A stretch of DNA of 64,000 nucleotides from an uncultured Clostridia bacterium (lineage in GTDB: Bacteria > Bacillota > Clostridia > Oscillospirales > Ruminococcaceae): contig CANRAS010000007.1 in assembly GCA_947628655.1 (NCBI GenBank), positions 1 through 64,000 of the forward strand. The letters are read 5' to 3'. Made by a program: the position numbers and the translations under genes. The notes under the pieces were generated by a model. That model saw only the letters and a list, made by a program, of their open reading frames with translations. It had not been told where the DNA came from and made no database searches. This document shows positions 18,741 to 28,158 of this stretch, one piece after another (position 1 is the first letter of the stretch; each line of letters begins with the position of its first letter).

Positions 18741-20101
18741 TACTTCTTGCCTCTGTTAGCAAGCCCCGTAACTCCATACTCCACCCGTATATTATCCCCT
18801 GTATACAATCGGTTGAAGTCGTTGATGACACGCTCGGCTACCATATCGCCGTTTACGGAGTTCGCATCCATAAGTATAACTATCATCTGGCGGTTGGAAT
18901 AGCGCGTTGAGATGTCTGAACGGCGCAGGGACGAAACTATCGACTGTTCGAGAAGTTTCATAGCCTGCTCCGCCTCCGCGGGGTCGGGGTTCGCGTTCGG
19001 GTTCTCGCTTATCGTGAACAGCACCGTCTGAACGTCGCGCCCGCTCCGCTCCACAAAACGCTGAATAAAGTTATATACGTTGTTAAATCCCTCAAAATCA
19101 AGCTGATACGCGCCTTTGCCCTTGTCCGCGCTGTTCATAAGTTCGTTTAAATGCTCTAGGTCAACCGCCTTGCGCGCAGGCTCTGCGGAGTTTTTACTGC
19201 TGAAGAAGTGACACGCGTCTTTGCCGTTCTGCTTTACATAGTAAAGAGCCTTGTCCGCCGCGTTTACGAGTTTTGAAAACTCACTGCCGTCCTCAGGCAC
19301 GGTCGCTATGCCGATTGATACGGTCGCGGTAAACTTGCCCTCGCCCGCTTTCGCCTTAATGCCGTCAAGAATTGCGTTCGCCTTGTCGCGAAGTTCGGAT
19401 TTGTCCGTCTTGTCCTTTATGAACATCACAAACTCGTCGCCGCCTATTCTGCACAAAACATCGCCGTCTGCGGAGTTTTCGCGCATAACGTCCGCCGCTG
19501 TTTTCAGCGTCTTGTCGCCCTCTATATGCCCGAACTCGTCGTTTATTCTCTTGAAATTGTCAATGTCAATCATCAACAGCGAACCCAAAAGTCCGAGTTT
19601 CAGCATCGAGTTTACGGCGTTTTCGGTGTAATCCCTGTTCCACAAGCCCGTCAGCAAATCGCGGTGTATCTTGCTCTTTGTATCCGAAACCTCGCGCACT
19701 TTCTGTTCGAGCCTGTCGGCTAATTTTTTGCGCAGTTCGGAAAGTTCAAGCACCCGTGCTATGCGCGACAGCATAACGGCGGGAACGAACGGTCTGCCGA
19801 TAAAATCCACTGCGCCCTCGTCAAAACAGCGCGTTTCCGTGTCGGAATTATTGTCGCCTGTTAAGAAAATCACGGGCGTCTGACGGTGCTTTTTTATCTG
19901 CCGAATACGACGCAAAAGTTCAAACCCGTCTATATCGGGCATATTTACATCAAGCAGTATAACGTCGCAGTCGCCGTTTTCGAGATAAGACAGCGCCTGC
20001 GTTCCCTTTTTCACAGGAATGACCTTATATTTTTCACTCAAAATCCCCCGCAAAGTCGAGAGGTTCACATTATCGTCATCTACCGCCAATATAGTATTCA
20101 T
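18740..20101 (-). CDS. response regulator with a GGDEF diguanylate cyclase domain (REC-GGDEF plus a ~150 aa C-terminal region of unknown function)
   Basis: REC motifs (ILAVDDDNVNL.., DVILLDVNMPDIDGFELL). GGDEF domain with RDLLTGLWNR, FKRINDEFGH and an intact GGDEF site (CRIGGDEFVMF). Confidence 0.85.
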   Translation of the reverse strand: MNTILAVDDDNVNLSTLRGILSEKYKVIPVKKGTQALSYLENGDCDVILLDVNMPDIDGFELLRRIRQIKKHRQTPVIFLTGDNNSDTETRCFDEGAVDFIGRPFVPAVMLSRIARVLELSELRKKLADRLEQKVREVSDTKSKIHRDLLTGLWNRDYTENAVNSMLKLGLLGSLLMIDIDNFKRINDEFGHIEGDKTLKTAADVMRENSADGDVLCRIGGDEFVMFIKDKTDKSELRDKANAILDGIKAKAGEGKFTATVSIGIATVPEDGSEFSKLVNAADKALYYVKQNGKDACHFFSSKNSAEPARKAVDLEHLNELMNSADKGKGAYQLDFEGFNNVYNFIQRFVERSGRDVQTVLFTISENPNANPDPAEAEQAMKLLEQSIVSSLRRSDISTRYSNRQMIVILMDANSVNGDMVAERVINDFNRLYTGDNIRVEYGVTGLANRGKK

Positions 20102-20261
20102 ATATATTCGCTCCTTATAGTCGCTAGAGATTAGTTATTAGTTTTTAGTTTTGGGTCAAAACGCAAACACTCCGCAATAGCACACAACAAGAACGTCAGC
20201 GCAATAACTCAAAGGTCTTACATCTTACTTCTTATAGCTTACCTCTAACTTCTTATTTGTT

Positions 20262-21053
20262 TTACAATATCGCGCCTTCAATTCCGTATTCTTTCGCTAT
20301 CTCGCCCATTTCGCCGTTTTCAGCCATTTCTTTAAGGAAATCATTCGCTTTCGCGGTAAGGTCAGAGCCTTTTCTGAAACCTATGCCGATTTCTTCCTCG
20401 TTCAACGGCAGAGCGTACGCAAGTTCCGAAAAATCACCGCCGTCCGCCGTGAAATATCCCGCCATAATTATATCTATAACCGCGCAGTCGGAAGAGCCTT
20501 TGACTACGCTGTCAAGAGCGTCCTTTTGCGTGTCGAACGTCGTGTAGCGGTACTTTTTCTCGGTCAGTATCTCCTCGCCCGCCGAACCGTCCTCAACGGC
20601 GAACAGCAGGTGCTGACAGTCCTCGACGGTCTTGTAATCGCCTATCTTGTCGCTTTTCATAACAATCACCTGCGAATTTGACAAATACGCCGACGTGCAT
20701 TCTATGTCTTTCTTTAATTCGTCGGTAAGCGTCATACCGTTCCATACCGTATCAATCGTGCCGTCGGCGAGCAAATCGGTTTTCTTGTCCCAATCTATTT
20801 CGACAAATTCGGGGGTAACGTCGAGTTCCTCCGCGAATTTCACGGCGAGTTTCGCGTCAAAGCCGTCCCAATTTTCGCCGTCGGGGAAGTCCATCGGCGC
20901 GTAGTCCGTAACGCCGATTTTAAACGTTCCCTTGCCTTGGATGTATTCAATATCCGACTGTCCGTCTTTCAGAACGCCCGCGCTCTCCTTTTTCGCGCAG
21001 CCCGACAGCATTAACACCGCCGCGGCGAGTATCGCAGATAATACTTTCTTCAT
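20262..21053 (-). CDS. lipoprotein, periplasmic solute-binding protein family 3 (amino-acid-binding-like)
   Basis: MKKVLSAILAAAVLMLSGC lipobox, RBS AGGAGAATAAC. SBP_bac_3-like core (..FKIGVTDYAPMDF.., ..DTVWNGMTLTDE..). The ORF track extends upstream to 21167 but the RBS-supported start is at 21053. Confidence 0.7.
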   Translation of the reverse strand: MKKVLSAILAAAVLMLSGCAKKESAGVLKDGQSDIEYIQGKGTFKIGVTDYAPMDFPDGENWDGFDAKLAVKFAEELDVTPEFVEIDWDKKTDLLADGTIDTVWNGMTLTDELKKDIECTSAYLSNSQVIVMKSDKIGDYKTVEDCQHLLFAVEDGSAGEEILTEKKYRYTTFDTQKDALDSVVKGSSDCAVIDIIMAGYFTADGGDFSELAYALPLNEEEIGIGFRKGSDLTAKANDFLKEMAENGEMGEIAKEYGIEGAIL

Positions 21054-21078
21054 AGTTATTCTCCTTTTTTGTTCTGTT

Positions 21079-23742
21079 TTATTTCTCCATAAACAGCAGA
21101 CCGAAACTTTCGGGACCGCAGTTAATTGAAATCGCGGGCGAGGCTTTTTGGTAGATGACCTGTTCAAACTTTATCCGTTTCTCCACCATCTGCGTTATTT
21201 CCTCCAGCGTCTCGGGGCGCATACCCGCGTGCGTGATGAACAGCAGTTTATTGTCTATCCTCGCGGGCTTTTTCAGCGTGCGCCTGATGTATTTGCGGGC
21301 GACTGTCGGCTTGTTTCCCATTTTTATTGAACCTACGCCCATACTGCTCTTTTTAAGCACAAGCACGGGACGGAGCATAAACGTTTCGCAAAAACTGCTG
21401 ATTTTCGGAGAAAGCCTGCCCGACCTTGCAAGGAATGTCGTACTCCCCACAACGAAACTCGTTCTTGTGCGCTCTTTGTAGCGTTTGATTTCGTCGAGGA
21501 TAACGTCGGGTTCGTTGCCCTTTTGAGCAAGTTTCGCGGCGCGCAGGACGATAAGTCCCATTCCGCTTGAAAGATGTCCCGAATCGACGACCGTTACATT
21601 GTCGAAAACGCTCGCCGCCTCCTCCGCTTTTTCGTAGCCTTTGCTGACGTTCTTCGCCATTGCTATGTGAATAATGTGCTGTGCTTTCGTAAGCTGTTCC
21701 GCGAAAAACGCCTCGTAGTCCGCAACGGAGGGTTCCTGCGAGTGGACTGTCTTATCGCTCGACGTAAGATAAGCGAGAACGCCCTCCGTTTCTATCTCCT
21801 CGCCGTCCTTGAAGTCGCCGCCCTCGGTCATAATATGATACGGCAAAACGGCTATCCTGTACTTCTTCGCAAGGTCTGCGGGAATGTCGCTTACGCTGTC
21901 GGTCGTTATCATAACAAGCTGTTTTCTTCTGTGACCCAATGTCGGACCTACAACCTCGTCACCCACACCCTCCGTCATCTTGACTATCTCGCGCGGCAGG
22001 TGCTTTAACATTTCCTCTTCAAGCTGCGCACCGCTTACGGGTTTCAGCAGATACCCGTCGAAACCTGCGCGCTTGTACATCTCCTGATTTTCACTTCCCG
22101 CGTTTGCCGTCAGTATAACGACAGGCGTTTCGACGTTCAGCCCGCTGTTATCGGAACGCAAATGCCCTAAACACTCTATGCCGTCCATAACGGGCATAAG
22201 GTGGTCCATAAAGATAACGTCATAACGCTTGTTCTGCGCTTTCTTTAAGCACTCCTCGCCGCTCGCCGCGGTGTCGCAGTTTACCTTTGTATCGGTCAGC
22301 AGTTTCACCGCGACCATAAGGTTCGTTTCGTTGTCGTCAACGATAAGAACATTCGCATTAGGAGCCTCGAACATCGCCTTGTAATGCTCGCGCGTTCTCG
22401 TTATACGGCGCTTTTCAAGGTCAAGTTCGCCGATTTTCTCCGCGCCTGCCGTCTGCTGAGGTATAGTCACCGTAAACGTCGAGCCTTTAGTGTAGACGCT
22501 GTTTACTTCAATATCCCCGCCCATAAGAGTTACAAGCTGTTTTACTATAGACAGTCCTAACCCCGTACCCTCTATAAAGCGGTTTTTCTCCTCGTCAACG
22601 CGCTGGAACGCGTCGAACAGGTGCGGGATACTCTCCTTTTTAACGCCCATTCCCGTATCGGTAACGGAATACGCGATACTTACATAATCGCCCTGTATCT
22701 GCCGGCGTTCTATCGACAGCGATACAGAACCCTCTTTCGTGTACTTCACGGCGTTGTTCAGAAGATTGATAAGAATTTGCTTTATCCGCACCTCGTCGCC
22801 GTGGAGCATAGCGGGAATTGTCGGCTCTACATTTATGTGAAACTCCAGACCCTTGTCTTTCGCTTTCACCCATATCATATTGACAATATCCGACAGCATT
22901 GCGCCGACGTCATACGTCACCGTGACAATATCCATTTTGCCCGATTCTATCTTCGACATATCGAGAATGTCGTTGATAAGCGACAACAGCATTTTGCTGG
23001 CGCTTTGAATGTTCATCGCGTCCTCCGCGACTTCATCGGAAACGTCCTCGCGGAGTATCATTTCATTAAGCCCTATTATCGTGTTTATCGGCGTACGGAT
23101 CTCGTGGCTCATACTCGAAAAGAAACGGTTCTGCGCGCGGTTAAGTTCTTCTATCTGCTTTTTCTGGCGCGTCGCCGTTTCGTTCTCGTCCTTGTAAACG
23201 GCGTTTTGGAATAACAGCATACCGCACGTTACGCCCGCAACTAACGTCAGCGTTGCGAGGGAATCTATAAACGCCATTGAAAGAGTATGCTGTCCTATTA
23301 AATCGGGGTGGTAGTACGCTATGTAATAGCACACGAGGAATATCAGATACCCTCCGCCGAGCAGAAAATACTTCACCTTGCCCGCGACAACAATCGTAGT
23401 AAGCACGAACCCCAAAATAAACCAGATAGGTCCTCCGCCGTAAATTCCTCCCGCCGTTATGAAATTGAACGGCAGAACGACATACATCGCAAGCGCGGAA
23501 ACGATAATCGCGCCCGCTTGTATTCTGCGCTTTTTCTTCGCGAAGTGAACGACGGTTTCGAGTACTATTATAGATACGACATTCGCAACTATATTAATAA
23601 CGCTCTCGCCTGAAATAATTCCGATAACCGAACCTAAAGCAAGCCCGATAAGTCCTAAAAGCGTCACGAGCCGAAACAGGCGTTCCTGCAATGTATAATC
23701 GCCGCCGCCTATAAGTTTCATCACGAACTTTTTGAGTTTCAC
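21079..23742 (-). CDS. hybrid sensor histidine kinase / response regulator with a C-terminal DegV (fatty-acid-binding, EDD-fold) domain
   Basis: N-terminal ~190 aa with 5-6 TM helices. HisKA H-box MSHEIRTPINTIIGL, HATPase_c G-boxes (GTGLGLSIVKQLV). REC (NVLIVDDNETNL.., DVIFMDHLMPVMDG). C-terminal ~280 aa matches DegV family proteins (ITTDSVSDIP.., ..SQEPS.., ..VVDSGHLSSGMGLIVLRAA.., ..FVVGSTTFLARSGRLS.., ..INCGPESFGL..). GTG start overlaps the stop of the upstream HK. Confidence 0.8.
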   Translation of the reverse strand: MKLKKFVMKLIGGGDYTLQERLFRLVTLLGLIGLALGSVIGIISGESVINIVANVVSIIVLETVVHFAKKKRRIQAGAIIVSALAMYVVLPFNFITAGGIYGGGPIWFILGFVLTTIVVAGKVKYFLLGGGYLIFLVCYYIAYYHPDLIGQHTLSMAFIDSLATLTLVAGVTCGMLLFQNAVYKDENETATRQKKQIEELNRAQNRFFSSMSHEIRTPINTIIGLNEMILREDVSDEVAEDAMNIQSASKMLLSLINDILDMSKIESGKMDIVTVTYDVGAMLSDIVNMIWVKAKDKGLEFHINVEPTIPAMLHGDEVRIKQILINLLNNAVKYTKEGSVSLSIERRQIQGDYVSIAYSVTDTGMGVKKESIPHLFDAFQRVDEEKNRFIEGTGLGLSIVKQLVTLMGGDIEVNSVYTKGSTFTVTIPQQTAGAEKIGELDLEKRRITRTREHYKAMFEAPNANVLIVDDNETNLMVAVKLLTDTKVNCDTAASGEECLKKAQNKRYDVIFMDHLMPVMDGIECLGHLRSDNSGLNVETPVVILTANAGSENQEMYKRAGFDGYLLKPVSGAQLEEEMLKHLPREIVKMTEGVGDEVVGPTLGHRRKQLVMITTDSVSDIPADLAKKYRIAVLPYHIMTEGGDFKDGEEIETEGVLAYLTSSDKTVHSQEPSVADYEAFFAEQLTKAQHIIHIAMAKNVSKGYEKAEEAASVFDNVTVVDSGHLSSGMGLIVLRAAKLAQKGNEPDVILDEIKRYKERTRTSFVVGSTTFLARSGRLSPKISSFCETFMLRPVLVLKKSSMGVGSIKMGNKPTVARKYIRRTLKKPARIDNKLLFITHAGMRPETLEEITQMVEKRIKFEQVIYQKASPAISINCGPESFGLLFMEK

Positions 23743-26501
23743 TTTCCGACACCGCCTTTCACGCGTTCAATCAGCGCGGAAGTTTTTTCGGACGCCGCCT
23801 CGTACTCAAATTCCTCGACGTCGCGCTCTATATCTTTCAGCAGTTTCTTCACGGGTTTGCCGTCAAATACCGCCCGCGCAAGTTCCTTGATAAGCGCCTG
23901 CGACTTGTCAGCCTCGTATGTTTCAAAGCTGGATTTAAGTTCGGAAAGATACTCGCAAAACTCCTCTGCGGAAATCTCCGTACCCGTGACTTCCTCTTCT
24001 TCGGCGGGTGTTTCCTCCGTTTGGGCAATGCCGATTGCCGAACCCATAAGTTTAACGGTCTGCGAATACATTTCCATAAGTTTCTCGTGGTTTTCCTTGA
24101 TATATTCGGCGTTGTTGTCCTTGGACGCGGTTTCCATATCCTTTGCGAACTGCGACAGCGCGTCCGCGCCCATCATCTTCGACGAACTTTTAAGCGAGTG
24201 TACTTGTATGCGGTAATTAGCGTAGTCCTCGCCCGCGAGGAATTTGTCAAGGTCGCTTTGCTTGCGTTCGCGGTCGCTGATGAACTTCTGCAAAAGCTGT
24301 ATGTAAAAGCCCTTGTCGCCTCGGCAGTACTCCATAGCCTCGGCGGTGTTGATACCGCCCGCCTGCAAAATTGAGAGTTCGTCCTGCGCTGCTCCCGCGT
24401 CCTCGCGTTCCTCGGCGCTGTCCTGCACGGGCGCGGGTTTCGGAATGTCTTTTTCATCGACAAACTTAATCCGAGTTTTCGGCAATACTTTCTTTAATAC
24501 GCGCTCAAGTTCGTTCGCCTCGACGGGCTTTGAGAGGAAGTCGTCAAAGCCCTCGCGCAGGAACATTTCCCGCGCCCCGCTGACGGCGTTCGCGGTGAAC
24601 GCAATAGCGGAGAAATTCTGCGCGCTCTCGGTGTTAAGCTGTCTTAGCTTTTTCAGCGTTTCCACACCGTCCATTTCGGGCATCATATGGTCGATAAACA
24701 GCAGGTCGAAGTCCTCCTGACCGCACATCTCGATAGCCTCCAGACCGCTGCCCGCGGTCTTTACGGACATTTGATAATCCCGCAGGATACCCTCCGCTAC
24801 CATTCGGTTCATCGGCTCGTCGTCCACGACAAGCACTTTCACATCGGGGCAAATCATTCGATTTCCCTGCGCGGCGGGACTTACCTCGGAATTCAGCAGA
24901 TTTACGACGGGGAAACAATGGAACGGCTTTCTGAGTACTTTAACGCGGCTGTTTTTCCGCATACGGTAGGTTTTGCCCGCAACGAGAATTACCTGCGTCT
25001 GCGGGTCGCAGTTCTCGAAGTAATCCGCGTCCTTTTCGTATTCCTCGTCCGCTAAGAGCAGGTGCGTAATTTCGTAAGCGGACATCAGCTTTTTCAAATC
25101 CCCTAAGCTGAATACCCTATGCACGGGAACGTCAAGCCCCGTCGCGAGGTTCAGTATCATTGTGTCATAGAACTGCCGTACTTCGGGGACTTTATACTTT
25201 TCGGGCATAAGATAGCACGCTATGCACAAGCTGTCGGGCTTTTCGACTTTCATTCCCGGCGCGGGGTCGACTATCTTCTGCGGAATACTTACCGTAACGC
25301 ACGTTCCCTCGCCCGGCTTGCTGTCAACGTGGATAAACCCGTCCATTGACCTTACCATACCGAACACAATAGGCAGTCCCAATCCCAGACCGCCCGCGCG
25401 GCGTTCGCGCCCGCTGCTCGACTGGTAGAAACGCTCGGTTACTCTTGAAAGGCTCTGCGCGTCCATTCCTATGCCCGTGTCGGTCACCTGTATTATCAGA
25501 TTTATCCCGTAGGACTTAGGAATATCGTATATTCTCACATAAACGCCGCCCGCGTCCGTGAATTTCAAGCCGTTATCGACAAGGTGCTTTATAATCTTCT
25601 TTATCTTCTTGCTGTCGCCGATAAGCATTGCGGGTATTTTCGGCTCAACGTCAAAGATAAGTTCCAGATTGTCCTTGCTGTCGGTCATACTCCGCTCGGT
25701 AATTATATCGTTCACAAGCGAGGACAGCATATACTGTTCGCTGCTCGCGGTCATTTTGTTTGTGTCGATTTCGGTGTAGTCAAGAATATCTTCTATCTGC
25801 CCGAACAGCCTGTACCCCGCCTTTTGTATCGAAAACAGATTGTCGCGCTTTGCGCTGTCGCTCTCGTTTTTCAGCATAACGGACGTAAGCCCCGTCACGG
25901 CGTTTATCGGCGTGCGGAGTTCGTGGGAAACGTTCGTCAGAAAATCCTCGGTTCGGCGGTTTTCATCTTCCAGTTTGTCGATTATCTCCTGATTTAACCG
26001 TTCGTTTTCCGCGCGGCGTTCTTTCAGTTTCTTTGCGAAATACATCGTGACAAGAATAAACGCGCACTGAATAACGATAAGCGCGATAACGCCCGGCGAA
26101 AAGTCCATTTCGCCGCCCGACACGAACAGCAGATTTCCCGCCAGCGTAAGGAAATACACAGCGGCGGTCAAATTCACAAACGCGTAATATTCCACCGCGA
26201 GATACAGTGCGCAAAGTCCGAGCGTCACAAACGCCAGCGGGCTGATATTTGCGGGTTCGAGTCCGAACGTGACAAGCGAATGCATTGTGAAAAGGTAACC
26301 TATCCATTTCTCCGCGCGCTCAGACACCTGCGGGAGCAGGCGCATTACCCAGCACACGACGAGCTTTGCGACTATCGAAATAATCGAAGTCACATGCTGA
26401 CCGTTGGACATTCTATACACTACGAATGCAGCCGCAAGGAATGTATAAAACATCAGAACCATCGTCAGATAGCTTGAATACCTTTTAGATTTTCGATCCA
26501 T
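23739..26501 (-). CDS. hybrid sensor histidine kinase (membrane sensor - HisKA - HATPase - REC - HPt)
   Basis: N-terminal polytopic membrane region. H-box VSHELRTPINAVTGL, G-box GGLGLGLPIVFGM. REC (VLVVDDEPMNRM.., DLLFIDHMMPEMDG). C-terminal HPt motif (VHSLKSSSKMMGADALS). 920 aa, RBS AAAGGGGA. Confidence 0.85.
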   Translation of the reverse strand: MDRKSKRYSSYLTMVLMFYTFLAAAFVVYRMSNGQHVTSIISIVAKLVVCWVMRLLPQVSERAEKWIGYLFTMHSLVTFGLEPANISPLAFVTLGLCALYLAVEYYAFVNLTAAVYFLTLAGNLLFVSGGEMDFSPGVIALIVIQCAFILVTMYFAKKLKERRAENERLNQEIIDKLEDENRRTEDFLTNVSHELRTPINAVTGLTSVMLKNESDSAKRDNLFSIQKAGYRLFGQIEDILDYTEIDTNKMTASSEQYMLSSLVNDIITERSMTDSKDNLELIFDVEPKIPAMLIGDSKKIKKIIKHLVDNGLKFTDAGGVYVRIYDIPKSYGINLIIQVTDTGIGMDAQSLSRVTERFYQSSSGRERRAGGLGLGLPIVFGMVRSMDGFIHVDSKPGEGTCVTVSIPQKIVDPAPGMKVEKPDSLCIACYLMPEKYKVPEVRQFYDTMILNLATGLDVPVHRVFSLGDLKKLMSAYEITHLLLADEEYEKDADYFENCDPQTQVILVAGKTYRMRKNSRVKVLRKPFHCFPVVNLLNSEVSPAAQGNRMICPDVKVLVVDDEPMNRMVAEGILRDYQMSVKTAGSGLEAIEMCGQEDFDLLFIDHMMPEMDGVETLKKLRQLNTESAQNFSAIAFTANAVSGAREMFLREGFDDFLSKPVEANELERVLKKVLPKTRIKFVDEKDIPKPAPVQDSAEEREDAGAAQDELSILQAGGINTAEAMEYCRGDKGFYIQLLQKFISDRERKQSDLDKFLAGEDYANYRIQVHSLKSSSKMMGADALSQFAKDMETASKDNNAEYIKENHEKLMEMYSQTVKLMGSAIGIAQTEETPAEEEEVTGTEISAEEFCEYLSELKSSFETYEADKSQALIKELARAVFDGKPVKKLLKDIERDVEEFEYEAASEKTSALIERVKGGVGK

Positions 26502-26599
26502 AAGAATTAATCCCCTTTATTAGAGAATAGAGGTCGAGCAATCCGCTGCGCGGATTGCCCTCAAACAGCGGGCGTTGCCCGCTGTTTGGTGAAATGCAG

Positions 26600-26795
26600 G
26601 AGGTAAGATGTAAAAGGTAAGAAGTTGAACAGTCCGCGTTGCCTATTCGCCCTGCAAGTTAATAGAGGTAAGAAGTTGAGCAACTGCGTTGCCTATTACC
26701 CCGTAAGTTACGAGAAGTAAGATGTAAGAGGTAAGAAATTGATTGATTTGCGTTGCCTGTTCGCCCTGTAAGTTCACAGAAGTAAGAAGTAAGAC
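26600..26795. repeat. intergenic tandem array of three 50-65 bp repeats (aggtaagaaGTTGA..gcgttgcct.tt.ccc.g.aagtt..ag)
   Basis: Units at about 26615-26665, 26666-26714 and 26715-26779 are roughly 80 percent identical. Two dispersed-family hairpins lie at 26540-26590. Confidence 0.7.
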
Positions 26796-26807
26796 CTGCG
26801 GAGCGGG

Positions 26808-27833
26808 TTACTTCTCTCGCATATCATAATCCGTGTCCGCGTCTATCATCGCGAGCATAATATCCGCGAAAACGGGGTCGAACTGCGTGCCTTTGCCTTT
26901 TTCGACCTCCGCGCGCACCTGCTCCTGCGGGATTACCCCGCGGTAGGCGCGCTTTGAACTCATCGCGTCATACGCGTCCGCTACGGCGATTATCCGCGCC
27001 TCAACGGGAATATCGTCGCCCGAAAGCCCTTCGGGGTAGCCCTTGCCGTCGTAACGCTCGTGATGATACTTCGCGCCCAGCACGAGCCTCGGGAACTCCT
27101 CGATTTTCTTCAGTATATTCTCACCCAAGACAGGGTGGTTTTTGATAATCGCGTACTCCTCGTCGTTCAGCCGCGACGGTTTATTGATAATCGCGTCGGG
27201 TATTCCTATTTTCCCGACATCGTGAAGTAACCCGATAAGGTAAATATCGTCCTGTTCCTGTTTGGAAAATCCTGCCAGCGCCGCCATTCTGCGCGAATAC
27301 TCGGCTACTCTTGCCGAATGACCGTTTGTGTATGTATCTTTTGCGTCCACCGCGCCCGACAGCGCCATTACTATCTGCACGGTCATTTTCTCGACTTTTT
27401 TCTGCTGAGCGATAACCTCGCGCGTCTTAACGCCGACTTCGTGAGCCAAATCGTTTTGCAGGCGCGTAAGTTCTACGATGTGGTTAATTCTAAGCAACAG
27501 CACTTCGGTAATAAACGGCTTTGTGATAAAATCGACCGCGCCCGCTTTCAAACAGCGAGTTTCGGTTTCGTTGTCGTTATCGGCGGTAAGGAATATCACG
27601 GGAATATCGGCGGCAGTCGCGCTGGCTTGAATATGTTTCAGCGTTTCAAAGCCGTCCATTTCGGGCATATGTACGTCCAAGAGAATTATATCGGGCTTAT
27701 TTGTTGTCAAGAATTTCAGCGCGGAACTCCCTGACTTTACGCAGGAAACGCGCATACCCTCAGAGCTTAATATACTGTTAGCGACCGTAAGGTTCGCCGT
27801 GTCGTCGTCGACTACAAGTATCCAGTAATCCAA
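26808..27833 (-). CDS. response regulator with an HD-GYP c-di-GMP phosphodiesterase domain
   Basis: REC (ILVVDDDTANL.., DIILLDVHMPEMDGFE). HD-GYP motifs (..GLLHDVGKIGIPD.., ..HHERYDGKGYPEGL). The likely start is the TTG after RBS GGGGTGA. A TTGACA-17-TATAAT promoter lies at about 27865-27895 on the minus strand. Confidence 0.8.
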   Translation of the reverse strand: MDYWILVVDDDTANLTVANSILSSEGMRVSCVKSGSSALKFLTTNKPDIILLDVHMPEMDGFETLKHIQASATAADIPVIFLTADNDNETETRCLKAGAVDFITKPFITEVLLLRINHIVELTRLQNDLAHEVGVKTREVIAQQKKVEKMTVQIVMALSGAVDAKDTYTNGHSARVAEYSRRMAALAGFSKQEQDDIYLIGLLHDVGKIGIPDAIINKPSRLNDEEYAIIKNHPVLGENILKKIEEFPRLVLGAKYHHERYDGKGYPEGLSGDDIPVEARIIAVADAYDAMSSKRAYRGVIPQEQVRAEVEKGKGTQFDPVFADIMLAMIDADTDYDMREK

Positions 27834-28158
27834 TTCACTCACCCCGTTTGCAAGATACAACTATACAGATTAATTATAGCAAAAAGATAGGATTTTGTCA
27901 AGGTGTAATAAGGAAAAAATTACAGGAAAAGCGGAAGAAGTAAGATTTTCCCCGCCGTTTAACGGTTTACCGTGTTGACTACGCATTTCCCGCTGAGCGG
28001 GAACGCTGTGAACAGTAAGAGCGCCCTCCCCGACTACGGCGGGAGGGCGCGTGTTTTAATTATGCTGCCTCTCCGCCAAAGGCGGGGGCGTTTTTACTTC
28101 TTGACTCTTATCAAACAGCAGGCTTCGCCTGCTGTTTGAGAGTAATCCGCTTCGCGGA

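Noticed and set aside
27861-28158. Independent plus-strand sRNA between the HD-GYP regulator gene and pnp
   Set aside because: There are several plus-oriented hairpin+U structures and a weak TTGTCA/TAATAA promoter. But the hairpins belong to the dispersed palindromic family that occurs in both orientations genome-wide, so orientation alone is not evidence of a transcript.
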